Translations under genes and position numbers: made by a program
Assembly: GCA_028279595.1 (NCBI GenBank)
Contig: JANQNK010000020.1
Location: 341,711-405,710, forward strand
Source: Thermoplasmatota archaeon
Lineage (GTDB): Archaea; Thermoplasmatota; JAKEGO01
DNA length: 64,000 bases
Direction: 5' to 3'
Notes under the pieces: model-generated
The model's input: only the letters and a program-made list of their open reading frames with translations
Told to the model about the DNA's origin: nothing
Databases searched by the model: none
Shown here: in pieces, positions 1 through 8,734 of the stretch
Layout: every line of letters starts with the position of its first letter
Numbering within the stretch: position 1 is the first letter of the stretch

Positions 1-2595
1 AGGATATCCCTCACCGTAAGGGCCACTGGAGGGATATGGTCAGTTCCGAAGAAGAGGACACTGATAGTCCACGAGAAGCCCATCGCGGTGATCGACTCGA
101 TCCATCCAGACCCAGGCCTCGAGGGCGACCCCGCCTACTTCGCGGGGCACGGGATCGATGACGATCCCATCCTGCGCTACGTATGGAGCAGCAGTATCGA
201 CGGAGAGTTCCTCAATGGTTCCGAGGATAACCAGACGACGTCCATGCTGTCCTTCGGGAAGCATACGATCCTGTTCAAGGTCCTCGATAACAACGGCGCA
301 TGGAGCGACAAGGTAAGTATGACCTACTGGGTGAACGCCATGCCCATCGCCAGCATCATCACTATAGACCCGGACCCAGCGATCTTCGGCGAGAACACCA
401 CCCTCACTGGTGAGGGGAGCCACAGCAACGGGTCGATCGTCGGATCGAAGTGGACATCCGACCTCGATGGACTTCTGGATCGTGGAATGGAGATCACACT
501 TGCGAACCTGACGAAGGGATATCACAATATCTCGTTCAGCGTTGTTGACGACAAGGGTATATGGTCGCGTGAGAAGTCGTACATACTGCCTGTCTTCAGC
601 AGACCATCGGCCAGCATCGAGAGGATATCCCCGAATCCCGCAATGGATGGGGACATGATAACGTTCAACGGATCCGGCACAGGCGAACGTCCCATCTCGG
701 CCCTCCAGTGGTGGCTGGACGGCGATTACCTGAGCTCGAATCCCGAGATCAAGGTACCTGACCTGGACGCAGGTGAGTACACTGTCCGATTCAGGGTCGT
801 CGACAATGCGGGTGTCTGGTCCGATGACGCCACCGAGACCCTCGTCATCAACGGGATCCCCAAGGCTGTCGTCGTATCCATCTCGCCCGACCCGGCCAAC
901 GCCGGCGAGGTCGTCGAATTCACAGGCGGATACATCGACCTCGAGGACAACGTAACAGGCTTCCGATGGGAGTCGAACCTGGATGGTCTCCTGAGCGATC
1001 AGCAGGTGTTCAACACGACAGGACTGTCCAATGGGACTCACCGGATCACGCTCAGGGTCATGGACCATCATGGCGCGTGGTCGCCCACGGAGATCTCCAA
1101 CGTCACTGTCAACGGATTGCCCTTCGCGAGGATCGTCTCGATAATCCCTTCCGTGGCGAACGAATCGCAGAAGATCAACTTCACCGGAGATTCCATGGAC
1201 TTCGAGTACGACATCGATGAGTGGAGATGGGTATCCAACTTGGACGGTCCACTCAGCGGAGAGATGTCGTTCACTACCGGCGAGCTCTCCAACGGGACCC
1301 ATGTCATATCCCTGAGTGTCTTGGATGGCTACAATGTCTGGTCAGAGAACGTCACCAGGACCGTCATGGTGAACGGCCGTCCCCTTGGTAGGATAGGATC
1401 GATAACGCCCGAGGTCCCTAACGAAGGAGACAACGTGACGTTCTACGGCGGCTATCTCGACCACGAGGACCATGTGGCTGGATTCCATTGGGAATCCGAT
1501 ATCGACGGGGAGCTCAGCGATGCCGCCCATTTCAGTACCTCCAACCTATCCGCCGGTATTCACAACATCACCTTCCGGGTGATGGACGGGAACGGTCTGT
1601 GGTCAACGAACAAAACACGATCGCTCGAGGTCAACGGTCTACCCACGGCCCGTATCATCAACATCGATCCGTCCCCGTCCAGCGAGGGCCAGACAGTGAA
1701 CCTGACCGGTGGATACACTGATCTCGAGAATGACGTTGTCGATTTCGAATGGGTCTCGGACATCGACGGTACCCTCGGCGACCTTCAGAATGTCTGGATC
1801 GATGGCCTATCGAACGGGACTCACAACATCTCCTTCCGTGTCATGGACCATCGGGGCGAGTGGTCGGAATACGTTACAGATACATTGACCGTCAATGGGA
1901 TCCCAAGGGCGAGCCTCACGGTGAACGCCCCGAGTCCGACCTACCGGAGGGATCTGATCGGGTTCATAGCCACGTATTCGGACGACGGGGCTGTCGTCGA
2001 ATTCAAATGGCGGTCGGACATCGACGGTATGCTCAGCGAGAACCCTTCCTTCGAAACGGACGACCTCTCCGTCGGGACCCATACCATAGTTCTGAGGGTC
2101 AGGGATGACATGGGAGACTGGTCGTCTGATGCAACGATCTCGTTGCAGGTCCTCGAACGCATCTACGAGGTCGAGATCACCGGGCTCGATTACCCACTGA
2201 CCGCGAGAGTTGGTGATATCGTCACCGTGTCGGCTACCATCGAGAACACGGGTGAATTCACCATCGACGAACTCCGCCTTAGATTGACTGTGGGTGAGTC
2301 CACGATAACCGTCATCAAAACGGATCCCGTGCTTTCGGGGAATTCGACCGTGGCGACCTTCGAATGGACGGCAGTCCAGGGGAACCACACCCTGGTGGCG
2401 CGTGCCGATGTCAACGGGGAACTGCTTGATATGGAAACCTCATCGGGCAGGCTGGTCGTGAAGGAGGCGAAGACTCCGACCGGAGATGGTGATGACGAAT
2501 TCTCACCGGTACTGATGATCATCATCGGGGTCATCGTTGCCGAGGTCGCCCTTATCGCGTTCGTCGCCGTTCGGTGGATGAACATCAAGAAATGA
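1..2595 (+). CDS. 5'-truncated membrane-anchored surface protein with about 8 tandem PKD-like Ig repeats, a CARDB-like domain and a C-terminal TM helix
   Basis: The frame is open from base 1 (RISLTVR...), so the true start lies left of the window. About 87-aa repeats with W-x-S-[DN]-[IL]-D-G and L-S-x-G-x-H-x-I motifs; ends in a hydrophobic helix plus basic tail (VLMIIIGVIVAEVALIAFVAVRWMNIKK). Confidence 0.85.
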   Translation, partial: RISLTVRATGGIWSVPKKRTLIVHEKPIAVIDSIHPDPGLEGDPAYFAGHGIDDDPILRYVWSSSIDGEFLNGSEDNQTTSMLSFGKHTILFKVLDNNGAWSDKVSMTYWVNAMPIASIITIDPDPAIFGENTTLTGEGSHSNGSIVGSKWTSDLDGLLDRGMEITLANLTKGYHNISFSVVDDKGIWSREKSYILPVFSRPSASIERISPNPAMDGDMITFNGSGTGERPISALQWWLDGDYLSSNPEIKVPDLDAGEYTVRFRVVDNAGVWSDDATETLVINGIPKAVVVSISPDPANAGEVVEFTGGYIDLEDNVTGFRWESNLDGLLSDQQVFNTTGLSNGTHRITLRVMDHHGAWSPTEISNVTVNGLPFARIVSIIPSVANESQKINFTGDSMDFEYDIDEWRWVSNLDGPLSGEMSFTTGELSNGTHVISLSVLDGYNVWSENVTRTVMVNGRPLGRIGSITPEVPNEGDNVTFYGGYLDHEDHVAGFHWESDIDGELSDAAHFSTSNLSAGIHNITFRVMDGNGLWSTNKTRSLEVNGLPTARIINIDPSPSSEGQTVNLTGGYTDLENDVVDFEWVSDIDGTLGDLQNVWIDGLSNGTHNISFRVMDHRGEWSEYVTDTLTVNGIPRASLTVNAPSPTYRRDLIGFIATYSDDGAVVEFKWRSDIDGMLSENPSFETDDLSVGTHTIVLRVRDDMGDWSSDATISLQVLERIYEVEITGLDYPLTARVGDIVTVSATIENTGEFTIDELRLRLTVGESTITVIKTDPVLSGNSTVATFEWTAVQGNHTLVARADVNGELLDMETSSGRLVVKEAKTPTGDGDDEFSPVLMIIIGVIVAEVALIAFVAVRWMNIKK

Positions 2596-2657
2596 GGACC
2601 GCGTGATAGGGAACAGTTATTACCCTGGCCTCGATTCTATCCTCGATAGGTGGTCGT

Positions 2658-3098
2658 ATGTTCGGTAGGAAGAAAAAGGCCAAGGGGCACAAGAAAATCC
2701 CCGGCGAAAAGCTACGTCCACGGGTCAACTACTTCATCGACGGCGAGAAGGTCGTGTTCCGGCTGAACGGCCTCGATTTCACCTTCGAATCCTTCTATCT
2801 GGCCTACAGCGACGAATGGATGAGGATATTCATCCTGGAGGAGGCGCCGATGAACCTCATCATGATATCCGACGTTGCCCACGAGGAGGTGGAGGTCGAC
2901 CGTGAGGAGGTCATCAACGCCGACACGGTCTCGTTCACGCTACAGCTCAAGGACGAGGACTTCGTCAACGTGATCGACCGCCTCCGCGAGGTCACGGAAC
3001 CCCACGAGGCTTTCGATGTGGGCGGTGACAGGCTGAAGGACCCGTCGAAGTACAACATTAGGCGATGGGGCATGAAGCAGGTGCTCTATGATGAATGA
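2658..3098 (+). CDS. hypothetical protein (146 aa)
   Basis: ATG preceded by SD-like AGGTGG; host-like codon usage; no recognised motif. Confidence 0.7.
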   Translation: MFGRKKKAKGHKKIPGEKLRPRVNYFIDGEKVVFRLNGLDFTFESFYLAYSDEWMRIFILEEAPMNLIMISDVAHEEVEVDREEVINADTVSFTLQLKDEDFVNVIDRLREVTEPHEAFDVGGDRLKDPSKYNIRRWGMKQVLYDE

Positions 3099-3146
3099 GT
3101 GCATCCCAACAGCTCGGTCGTATTTCAGATTCCTGGAATATCCAGC

Positions 3147-3917
3147 CTAGTCCGGCCTTAGTGTGCCAGCGAAAACCTGCCAGGCGAGCGCCGATTTCGC
3201 TACAAGGCTCAGGATGACATACATCCTCTCACCGTAGAGATAGTCCTTCCACTTGCCAACCCTGCGGTACTGGAGCATCATGTTGAGGGCGAAGCAGTTG
3301 AAGAATATCGCTATCGAAACGTAGATCCCGTACACGAAATCAGGAGGGCCTCCGTCCCCTCCTCCTGCACCGAGCAGATGGATCGCAATGACGATCCAGG
3401 GGATGATCCCGGCGATCGACCCGATGATGAAAGGCGTCCAGTTGACCTTCTTCCTTTTGTGGTTCATCTGCTCCATGAGAAGGCCGAAGTAGATCATCGT
3501 CGCGTTCACGAAGAAGAGGAGGAGCAGTGTGCCGACGTCGTAGATCCCGGTCAGCATGGCGATCGCGACTATCATGATGGAAGCGCTGACGGAGTACTCG
3601 TACCAGCGGTACGGGTTCATCCTCTTCTTGAGGTTAGCAACATACTTGTCGTATAGTACCGTTGCGATCAGGAAGTGAGCGATCGCCGATATGAAAAGGA
3701 ATAGTGCGATCAGGTAGCCCAGGCGGACCTCGGCGATCGTCACGGATTCGTGGACGAGCCTTTCCGTCGTCTCGTCCAACTTCAGGAAACCCCTGGTAAT
3801 CGGCAGTGTGAAATCGTTGCTCAGCACCACCATCAGCATCCCCTGGATGGTGTGCAGGAAGCCCATTATCAGGTTGAACCTCTTCAATTTCTGGTATTTC
3901 ACCTCGTCGCCTTTCAT
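3147..3917 (-). CDS. heR: heliorhodopsin
   Basis: 7 TM segments. HeR signatures FN-x-x-MG-x-x-H-x-x-Q, SAIAH, NPYRWYEYS (counterion Glu), and LSLVAKSALAWQVF with the retinal-binding Lys. Confidence 0.96.
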   Translation of the reverse strand: MKGDEVKYQKLKRFNLIMGFLHTIQGMLMVVLSNDFTLPITRGFLKLDETTERLVHESVTIAEVRLGYLIALFLFISAIAHFLIATVLYDKYVANLKKRMNPYRWYEYSVSASIMIVAIAMLTGIYDVGTLLLLFFVNATMIYFGLLMEQMNHKRKKVNWTPFIIGSIAGIIPWIVIAIHLLGAGGGDGGPPDFVYGIYVSIAIFFNCFALNMMLQYRRVGKWKDYLYGERMYVILSLVAKSALAWQVFAGTLRPD

Positions 3918-4007
3918 CTTGATCCCACCGTTCGACTGAATGTTAATCGACCCCTGTGGTGTTATTAATATCCAATCCCAAATCGAGATGACCTGAAAAT
4001 GGGGTTT

Positions 4008-5798
4008 CTAAGACCCACCGTACACGACCGTCGTCGATGCCTGGAGGACATGACCTCCGGAGAACGTCCTCGATCCCACGATGGTTATCTCCATCGGCGA
4101 TCCCGAGAGGAACACCAGGATCAGGTCGATCCTAAGTAGAAGTGTCAGGATGCTGATGTCGAGGGTAGCATTGACCGTCTGGACCCCCTGTACTATGTTC
4201 GGATCGTGCAAGTAGATCTCACCGATCTGTCCACCGTTGTAGTAGGCCCGGAACTCGAAATCCGTCAGGTTTACTGTGGCAGGAAGCGTGTTGTTCAATG
4301 TCGCTGTGATCCCGATCTGCGTCGTCAGGATCCCCAGGTCGATGTTGACGTCGTCGAGGGTGAGGTCGACGCCGCCCTCCTCGCTGAGGGCCGTCTCCGT
4401 CTCGAACTCCGTCGACAATCTGGAGAGCGTCCGTCCGTTCAGGTCGACGCCGGCCACCTGAAGGGTCATCGGTACCCCAATAAGCGCGTTTGCTGCCAGA
4501 TCGTTCAGGACGTCGACGTTCTCGGCCGGGACGGTTATATTGAATTCCAGCTCGTTCGGTCCTCGGTCGAGGATACCATCGGTTGACACGGTTGTCATCG
4601 ATGTGCCATTGTAGGAGAGGTCGAAGTTCAATCCCTCCAGAGTGAGCTTCACTACTGATGGATTGTCGATGGTCGTCCTGACGTCGACGTTCAGACCGGA
4701 GTCGTCGGTCGTGACGTCGGCCATGACGATGTCGATCTCAAGGTCGTTTAGTCCTCCGAGGTCGGAGCCGCTGTCCTCGAAGTCGCTGGCATAACCTTCC
4801 GAAAGTCTCGAGAGGAGCCTGCCATTCCTGTCGATCCCCTTGATGACGATAGACGGAGGGAATCCGTCCGCGAGTTCGGAGACCAGGGGACGATACCTCT
4901 CTACATCATCCGGTCCGATGTTGAAGGCGATATGCATCGGATTGTCTCCCTTGACGAGCATGCCCTCGGTGGAATGCGAGAACAGCAATGTATCGTTGTG
5001 CATGATGTCGAAGCTCAATCCCTCAAGCGTGGATTCCAGCATTCCGGAATTGACGACCGTGGCATTGATGTCGACAGCCAACCCGCCTTCACCGTCGTCG
5101 AGGATGTCCACGAGGTCGAGCCTGGTATCGATCGTCTTTCCCTTCCCGATCTCGAATCTCCTGTCCAGGTCCATGTCGAACGTGAACGGACCCCTTGTCG
5201 AGACCTTTCCCTTCACGCGGGCGACAGCACCCTTGTCTGTGAACGTCTGCTCGGCAAGGGCGTACATACCTGCGGGATCCTCCTCCCTGAGAACGATGGT
5301 CATCGATATGTCGTTGTCTCCCGGTCCGACATGAAGCGGCGGCAGTTTGAACGATCCGACCTTCCTTCCCCAATGGTGCAATGTCAGGTCGGCCTTCTTT
5401 GTGTCGGCAGAGAAGATCGATGGGTTCTTCACGACCAGATCGACCTCCGTCAACAGGGAATGGTTACCTGTCTCGACGATCCTGACCCTCTCTATCTCGA
5501 CATCGATGTCCCCGAGGACGGAATAGGCATAGACAAGAAGTATGATGATCCCGAGGAGTAGTATCATGAGGGCCATGCAAACAGCGAGGAGCTTCTTCCA
5601 CAGCGGGACACCCTTTTCCGTCTTAGAATGGACGGGTGGAGCAGGCTTCCTACCCGGTCTCCAATGTTCTTCGGGTCGTCTTCCTCGCGGGCGATACTTC
5701 GGTGGAGGGGACGCTGCTCGTCCGTATCGAGGCCCCGACCTCACCGGAGGTCGGAAGAGTGAATCCTCGAGCCTATAACCACGACGCGCCCTTTCCAT
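4008..5798 (-). CDS. single-pass membrane protein with about 4 tandem LEA_2/DUF3712-like beta domains
   Basis: Basic Pro-rich N-terminus, one TM helix (LLAVCMALMILLLGIIILLVYAY), then repeats of V-x-x-T-[VI]-x-N-P/S...L-x-G-L-x-F-D-[IL]-x-[YH]-N-G/D. Confidence 0.7.
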   Translation of the reverse strand: MERARRGYRLEDSLFRPPVRSGPRYGRAASPPPKYRPRGRRPEEHWRPGRKPAPPVHSKTEKGVPLWKKLLAVCMALMILLLGIIILLVYAYSVLGDIDVEIERVRIVETGNHSLLTEVDLVVKNPSIFSADTKKADLTLHHWGRKVGSFKLPPLHVGPGDNDISMTIVLREEDPAGMYALAEQTFTDKGAVARVKGKVSTRGPFTFDMDLDRRFEIGKGKTIDTRLDLVDILDDGEGGLAVDINATVVNSGMLESTLEGLSFDIMHNDTLLFSHSTEGMLVKGDNPMHIAFNIGPDDVERYRPLVSELADGFPPSIVIKGIDRNGRLLSRLSEGYASDFEDSGSDLGGLNDLEIDIVMADVTTDDSGLNVDVRTTIDNPSVVKLTLEGLNFDLSYNGTSMTTVSTDGILDRGPNELEFNITVPAENVDVLNDLAANALIGVPMTLQVAGVDLNGRTLSRLSTEFETETALSEEGGVDLTLDDVNIDLGILTTQIGITATLNNTLPATVNLTDFEFRAYYNGGQIGEIYLHDPNIVQGVQTVNATLDISILTLLLRIDLILVFLSGSPMEITIVGSRTFSGGHVLQASTTVVYGGS

Positions 5799-5810
5799 TC
5801 CGCTCCCTCG

Positions 5811-5834
5811 GTATGAAAATATCCGGTTTCATAC
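5811..5834. promoter_or_regulatory. 8-bp perfect inverted repeat (GTATGAAA-N8-TTTCATAC), candidate operator
   Basis: Lies between the minus-strand TATA-like TTTTTAT (about 5835-5841) and the ATG at 5798. Confidence 0.4.
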
Positions 5835-5980
5835 ATAAAAAGCATTGTGGAGGGTTTGGACAATCGGATTTTTCTGGAGAAACACCGCAGTCTGGCACAT
5901 CCAGGATGGATGTCATCTTCCGATCCGCGGCATACCTCCTTACCAAATTCCTTAATAGTGAGGTCCAACATTCTCCTGCT

Positions 5981-6568
5981 ATGGGAGCGAAGATGAAGTG
6001 GGTCCTATCGGCCGTTCTCGTCGTGACATTCGTACTGACCATCTTATCCATGATACCGTCCGCGGAAGGTCTCGACGGTGACATCAATACACTGGAGAAC
6101 GGCACCTACTCCACCTTCGACAGGAAGTTCAAGGACGGCGACCAGCTGACCTTCGCATTCGAGACCGGCAATGACATCCCGATCGACGTCTTCTCGGTCG
6201 ACAACCTGAACTACGAACTCTACAAGGACGGTGAAAACTTCCTGTATTTCACCGGGACCTTCCTGAATGCGACAGAGGGGAATGCCACGATCGACTTCAC
6301 CTATACGGACCACTACTACATCGTATTCGACAACACCTACGTCGGAGAAGCCCAACCGCCAAACGGGTCCATCGTGATCGAGACGGAGATTTCCTATTAC
6401 ATCGCCGGTTCGAACGCGCCACCCCCGGGTGCCGAGGTGGAGGTCACGAGCGGTAACGATCCTTACTTCTACTATCCTGGATACATCCTCGTCATCATCC
6501 TGGTCCTGATGGTCATCCTGATCGCCTATCTCTTCCGTTCCGGTGACGACTACCTGGACTACCAGTGA
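5981..6568 (+). CDS. secreted, C-terminally anchored hypothetical membrane protein
   Basis: Start moved from 5636 to ATG 5981, about 24 nt after TATA-like CTTAATA. N-terminal signal-like helix, beta-rich domain with N-x-T sequons, C-terminal TM (YILVIILVLMVILIAYLF). Confidence 0.75.
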   Translation: MGAKMKWVLSAVLVVTFVLTILSMIPSAEGLDGDINTLENGTYSTFDRKFKDGDQLTFAFETGNDIPIDVFSVDNLNYELYKDGENFLYFTGTFLNATEGNATIDFTYTDHYYIVFDNTYVGEAQPPNGSIVIETEISYYIAGSNAPPPGAEVEVTSGNDPYFYYPGYILVIILVLMVILIAYLFRSGDDYLDYQ

Positions 6569-6642
6569 TGATCGCTCAGCCCATCTGACGACTGCCGAGT
6601 CCATGGACAAGTGTTTTGTAATCGATATCGGATGATACCTGC

Positions 6643-7119
6643 GTGCCAGACGAAGTGAACAGCATAAGATCGCGTTGCAACTCCAGACAGATGGCATTCA
6701 TACTCCTGGGACTAGTGGTGACGCTGATCGTCTCGGTCTCCATCTGGATTTTCATGGAGGTCGACTCGTCGGACCAGCCGTTGTACAGGGTCCTCTACCT
6801 TCTCCCGCATCTGGTCTGGCTATTTCCTATCTACCGGGCTTACAAGAACGACAAGACCATCAGTTCCATCGAGTTCTACGAGGACTATCTTACGATCAAG
6901 AGACTTGTCGAGAAGGATTATTCCGTTCACTGGATGGCCGTCAAGAAGATCAAGTACAAGGACGGACGCTCCTGCTTCTCCAAAGGCCTTGTAATAGAAT
7001 TGAAGTCCGGTAAGAGCTTCGAGATGATATGCGAGAGGGAGGTCTTCGACGCGGTCATCAAGGAGTTGAAGAAGTTCCGGGTCCTCGAGGCCGAGCGAAG
7101 GAAGGCCAAGGCACAGTAA
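6643..7119 (+). CDS. hypothetical membrane protein (2 TM plus soluble PH-like tail); start may be ATG 6691
   Basis: Two hydrophobic segments followed by a beta-rich basic domain; the PH-like call is by eye only. Confidence 0.6.
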   Translation: MPDEVNSIRSRCNSRQMAFILLGLVVTLIVSVSIWIFMEVDSSDQPLYRVLYLLPHLVWLFPIYRAYKNDKTISSIEFYEDYLTIKRLVEKDYSVHWMAVKKIKYKDGRSCFSKGLVIELKSGKSFEMICEREVFDAVIKELKKFRVLEAERRKAKAQ

Positions 7120-7122
7120 GCC

Positions 7123-7282
7123 ATGGGCCAGGGCGGATCATCGCGGAACCTTCGGTCCCGCTTGCCTTGGAATTACTTCACTACCAGAATTTATCAACCG
7201 TTATTCCAAGATCGAACTGCGTTCGAATCCGCCGCATGGCCCAACCAATGATTGATTAATTAGAATATGGGCCAGGGCGGAT
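7123..7282. repeat. 16-bp direct repeat of the tRNA-Val 3' end (ATGGGCCAGGGCGGAT at 7123-7138 and 7267-7282), plus an inverted copy at 7221-7243
   Basis: Read directly from the sequence. Confidence 0.9.
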
Positions 7283-7340
7283 TCGAACCGCCGACCACTG
7301 CCTTGTAAGGGCAGCGTCATAACCACTAGACCACTGGCCC
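7268..7340 (-). tRNA. tRNA-Val(TAC)
   Basis: Minus strand GGGCCAG...CTGGCCCA; anticodon arm CTGCC-CTTACAA-GGCAG; T-loop GGTTCGAATCC; no intron, no encoded CCA. Confidence 0.97.
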
Positions 7341-7348
7341 ATTGCTGC

Positions 7349-8734
7349 TCAATGATTACCGTAATGCGTCTCTATGAACGCTTCCTTGATGCGCTTCAGG
7401 TCCTCCTTCGGGAGGGTGCTCATCAGCTTCCATCCCAGGTTGAGCGTGTCATCTATCGACCTGTCCTCGTGTTCTGCCTGCGTCACGAGCTCGTTCTCGA
7501 AGAGGTCGGTGAACTGCAGATAGAGCTTGTCCCTGTCCGTTAAAGCCTCTTCACCGACAACAGCGATCAGTTCCCTGAAGTCCTTGCCCTCGGCATAGGC
7601 GGAGTACATCTGGTTGGATACGTCGTCGTGGTCCTCGCGGGTCCTCTCCGGTCCGATGCCGTGCTTCATCAGTCTGGACAGGCACGGAAGCACGTCGACG
7701 GGAGGATAGATTCCTCTCCTGTGAAGGTCCCTCGACAGAACGATTTGTCCTTCAGTGATGTAACCTGTCAGATCGGGAATCGGGTGTGTGATGTCGTCGT
7801 CGGGCATCGTCAGGATCGGGATCTGCGTTATGGAGCCCTCCTTCCCGAATATTCGACCTGCGCGCTCGTAGATCGATGCGAGGTCGGTGTACATGTACCC
7901 TGGATATCCCCGTCGTCCGGGAACCTCCTCGCGCGCTGCGGCGATCTCGCGGAGAGCCTCGGCGTAGTTCGTCATGTCCGTCAACACGACGAGCACGTGC
8001 ATGTCGAGATCGAAGGCTAGGTACTCCGCCGCTGTCAGGGCCATCCTCGGAAGGATGATCCTCTCGATGGCGGGGTCGTCGGCGAGGTTGATGAAGAGAA
8101 CGGACCTCTCGATGGCGCCGGTGTCCTCGAACTCGTGTACGAAGAAGTTCGCCTCCTCGGCCGTGATGCCCATGGCGCAGAAGACCACAGCGAACTCCTC
8201 GCCCTGACCCTTCACCGCGGCCTGCCTGGCTATCTGCGCGGCGAGGTTGTTGTGAGGCAATCCAGCACCGGAGAAGATAGGGAGTTTTTGTCCTCGTACG
8301 AGCGTGTTCATGCCGTCGATCGTGGATATTCCAGTCTGGATGAACTCCCGGGGGTACTCACGGGCCGTCGGATTGATCGGAGCGCCGTTGATGTCCTTCC
8401 TCTCGTCCGGCACGATCTCCATCCCGTCGTCCAGTGGCTGTCCCGTCCCGCCGAAGACCCGTCCGAGGATCTCCTTCGAGACCCCGAACTTGATGGTCTC
8501 TCCCGTGAAGCGGACCGCGGTGTCCTTGACGTCCACGCCCTTCGTTCCCTCGAAGACCTGGATGACGGCCCTGCTCTCGTGGACCTCAAGGACCTGTCCG
8601 TGGCGTGTGTCGCCGGTCCCGGTCTTGATCTTGACGAACTCGCCGAAGAAGACGTCGTCGACGCCCTCGACGACGATCAATGCTCCGGACGCCTCGATGA
8701 CGCTCCTGTAGTCGATGTTCTTGCTCGTGATCAT
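7349..8734 (-). CDS. atpB: A/V-type ATP synthase subunit B
   Basis: [56 protein letters not shown]. Confidence 0.98.
   Translation of the reverse strand: MITSKNIDYRSVIEASGALIVVEGVDDVFFGEFVKIKTGTGDTRHGQVLEVHESRAVIQVFEGTKGVDVKDTAVRFTGETIKFGVSKEILGRVFGGTGQPLDDGMEIVPDERKDINGAPINPTAREYPREFIQTGISTIDGMNTLVRGQKLPIFSGAGLPHNNLAAQIARQAAVKGQGEEFAVVFCAMGITAEEANFFVHEFEDTGAIERSVLFINLADDPAIERIILPRMALTAAEYLAFDLDMHVLVVLTDMTNYAEALREIAAAREEVPGRRGYPGYMYTDLASIYERAGRIFGKEGSITQIPILTMPDDDITHPIPDLTGYITEGQIVLSRDLHRRGIYPPVDVLPCLSRLMKHGIGPERTREDHDDVSNQMYSAYAEGKDFRELIAVVGEEALTDRDKLYLQFTDLFENELVTQAEHEDRSIDDTLNLGWKLMSTLPKEDLKRIKEAFIETHYGNH

Noticed and set aside
40-1302. Long antisense and alternate-frame ORFs (also 13225-14595, 15605-16759, 17263-18378, 24294-26408, 52480-53487, 55976-56869)
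   Set aside because: They shadow well-supported genes, have no motifs, and are expected in GC-rich DNA with strong codon bias.
3147-3917. Proton-pumping rhodopsin or phototrophy
   Set aside because: The sequence has heliorhodopsin motifs, not the DTD/DTE pump motif.
7125-7247. Second tRNA on the + strand (GGGCCA...GTTCGAATCC...TGGCCCAACCA)
   Set aside because: The T-stem does not pair and there is no D or anticodon arm; it is an inverted copy of the tRNA-Val end, reported as a finding instead.
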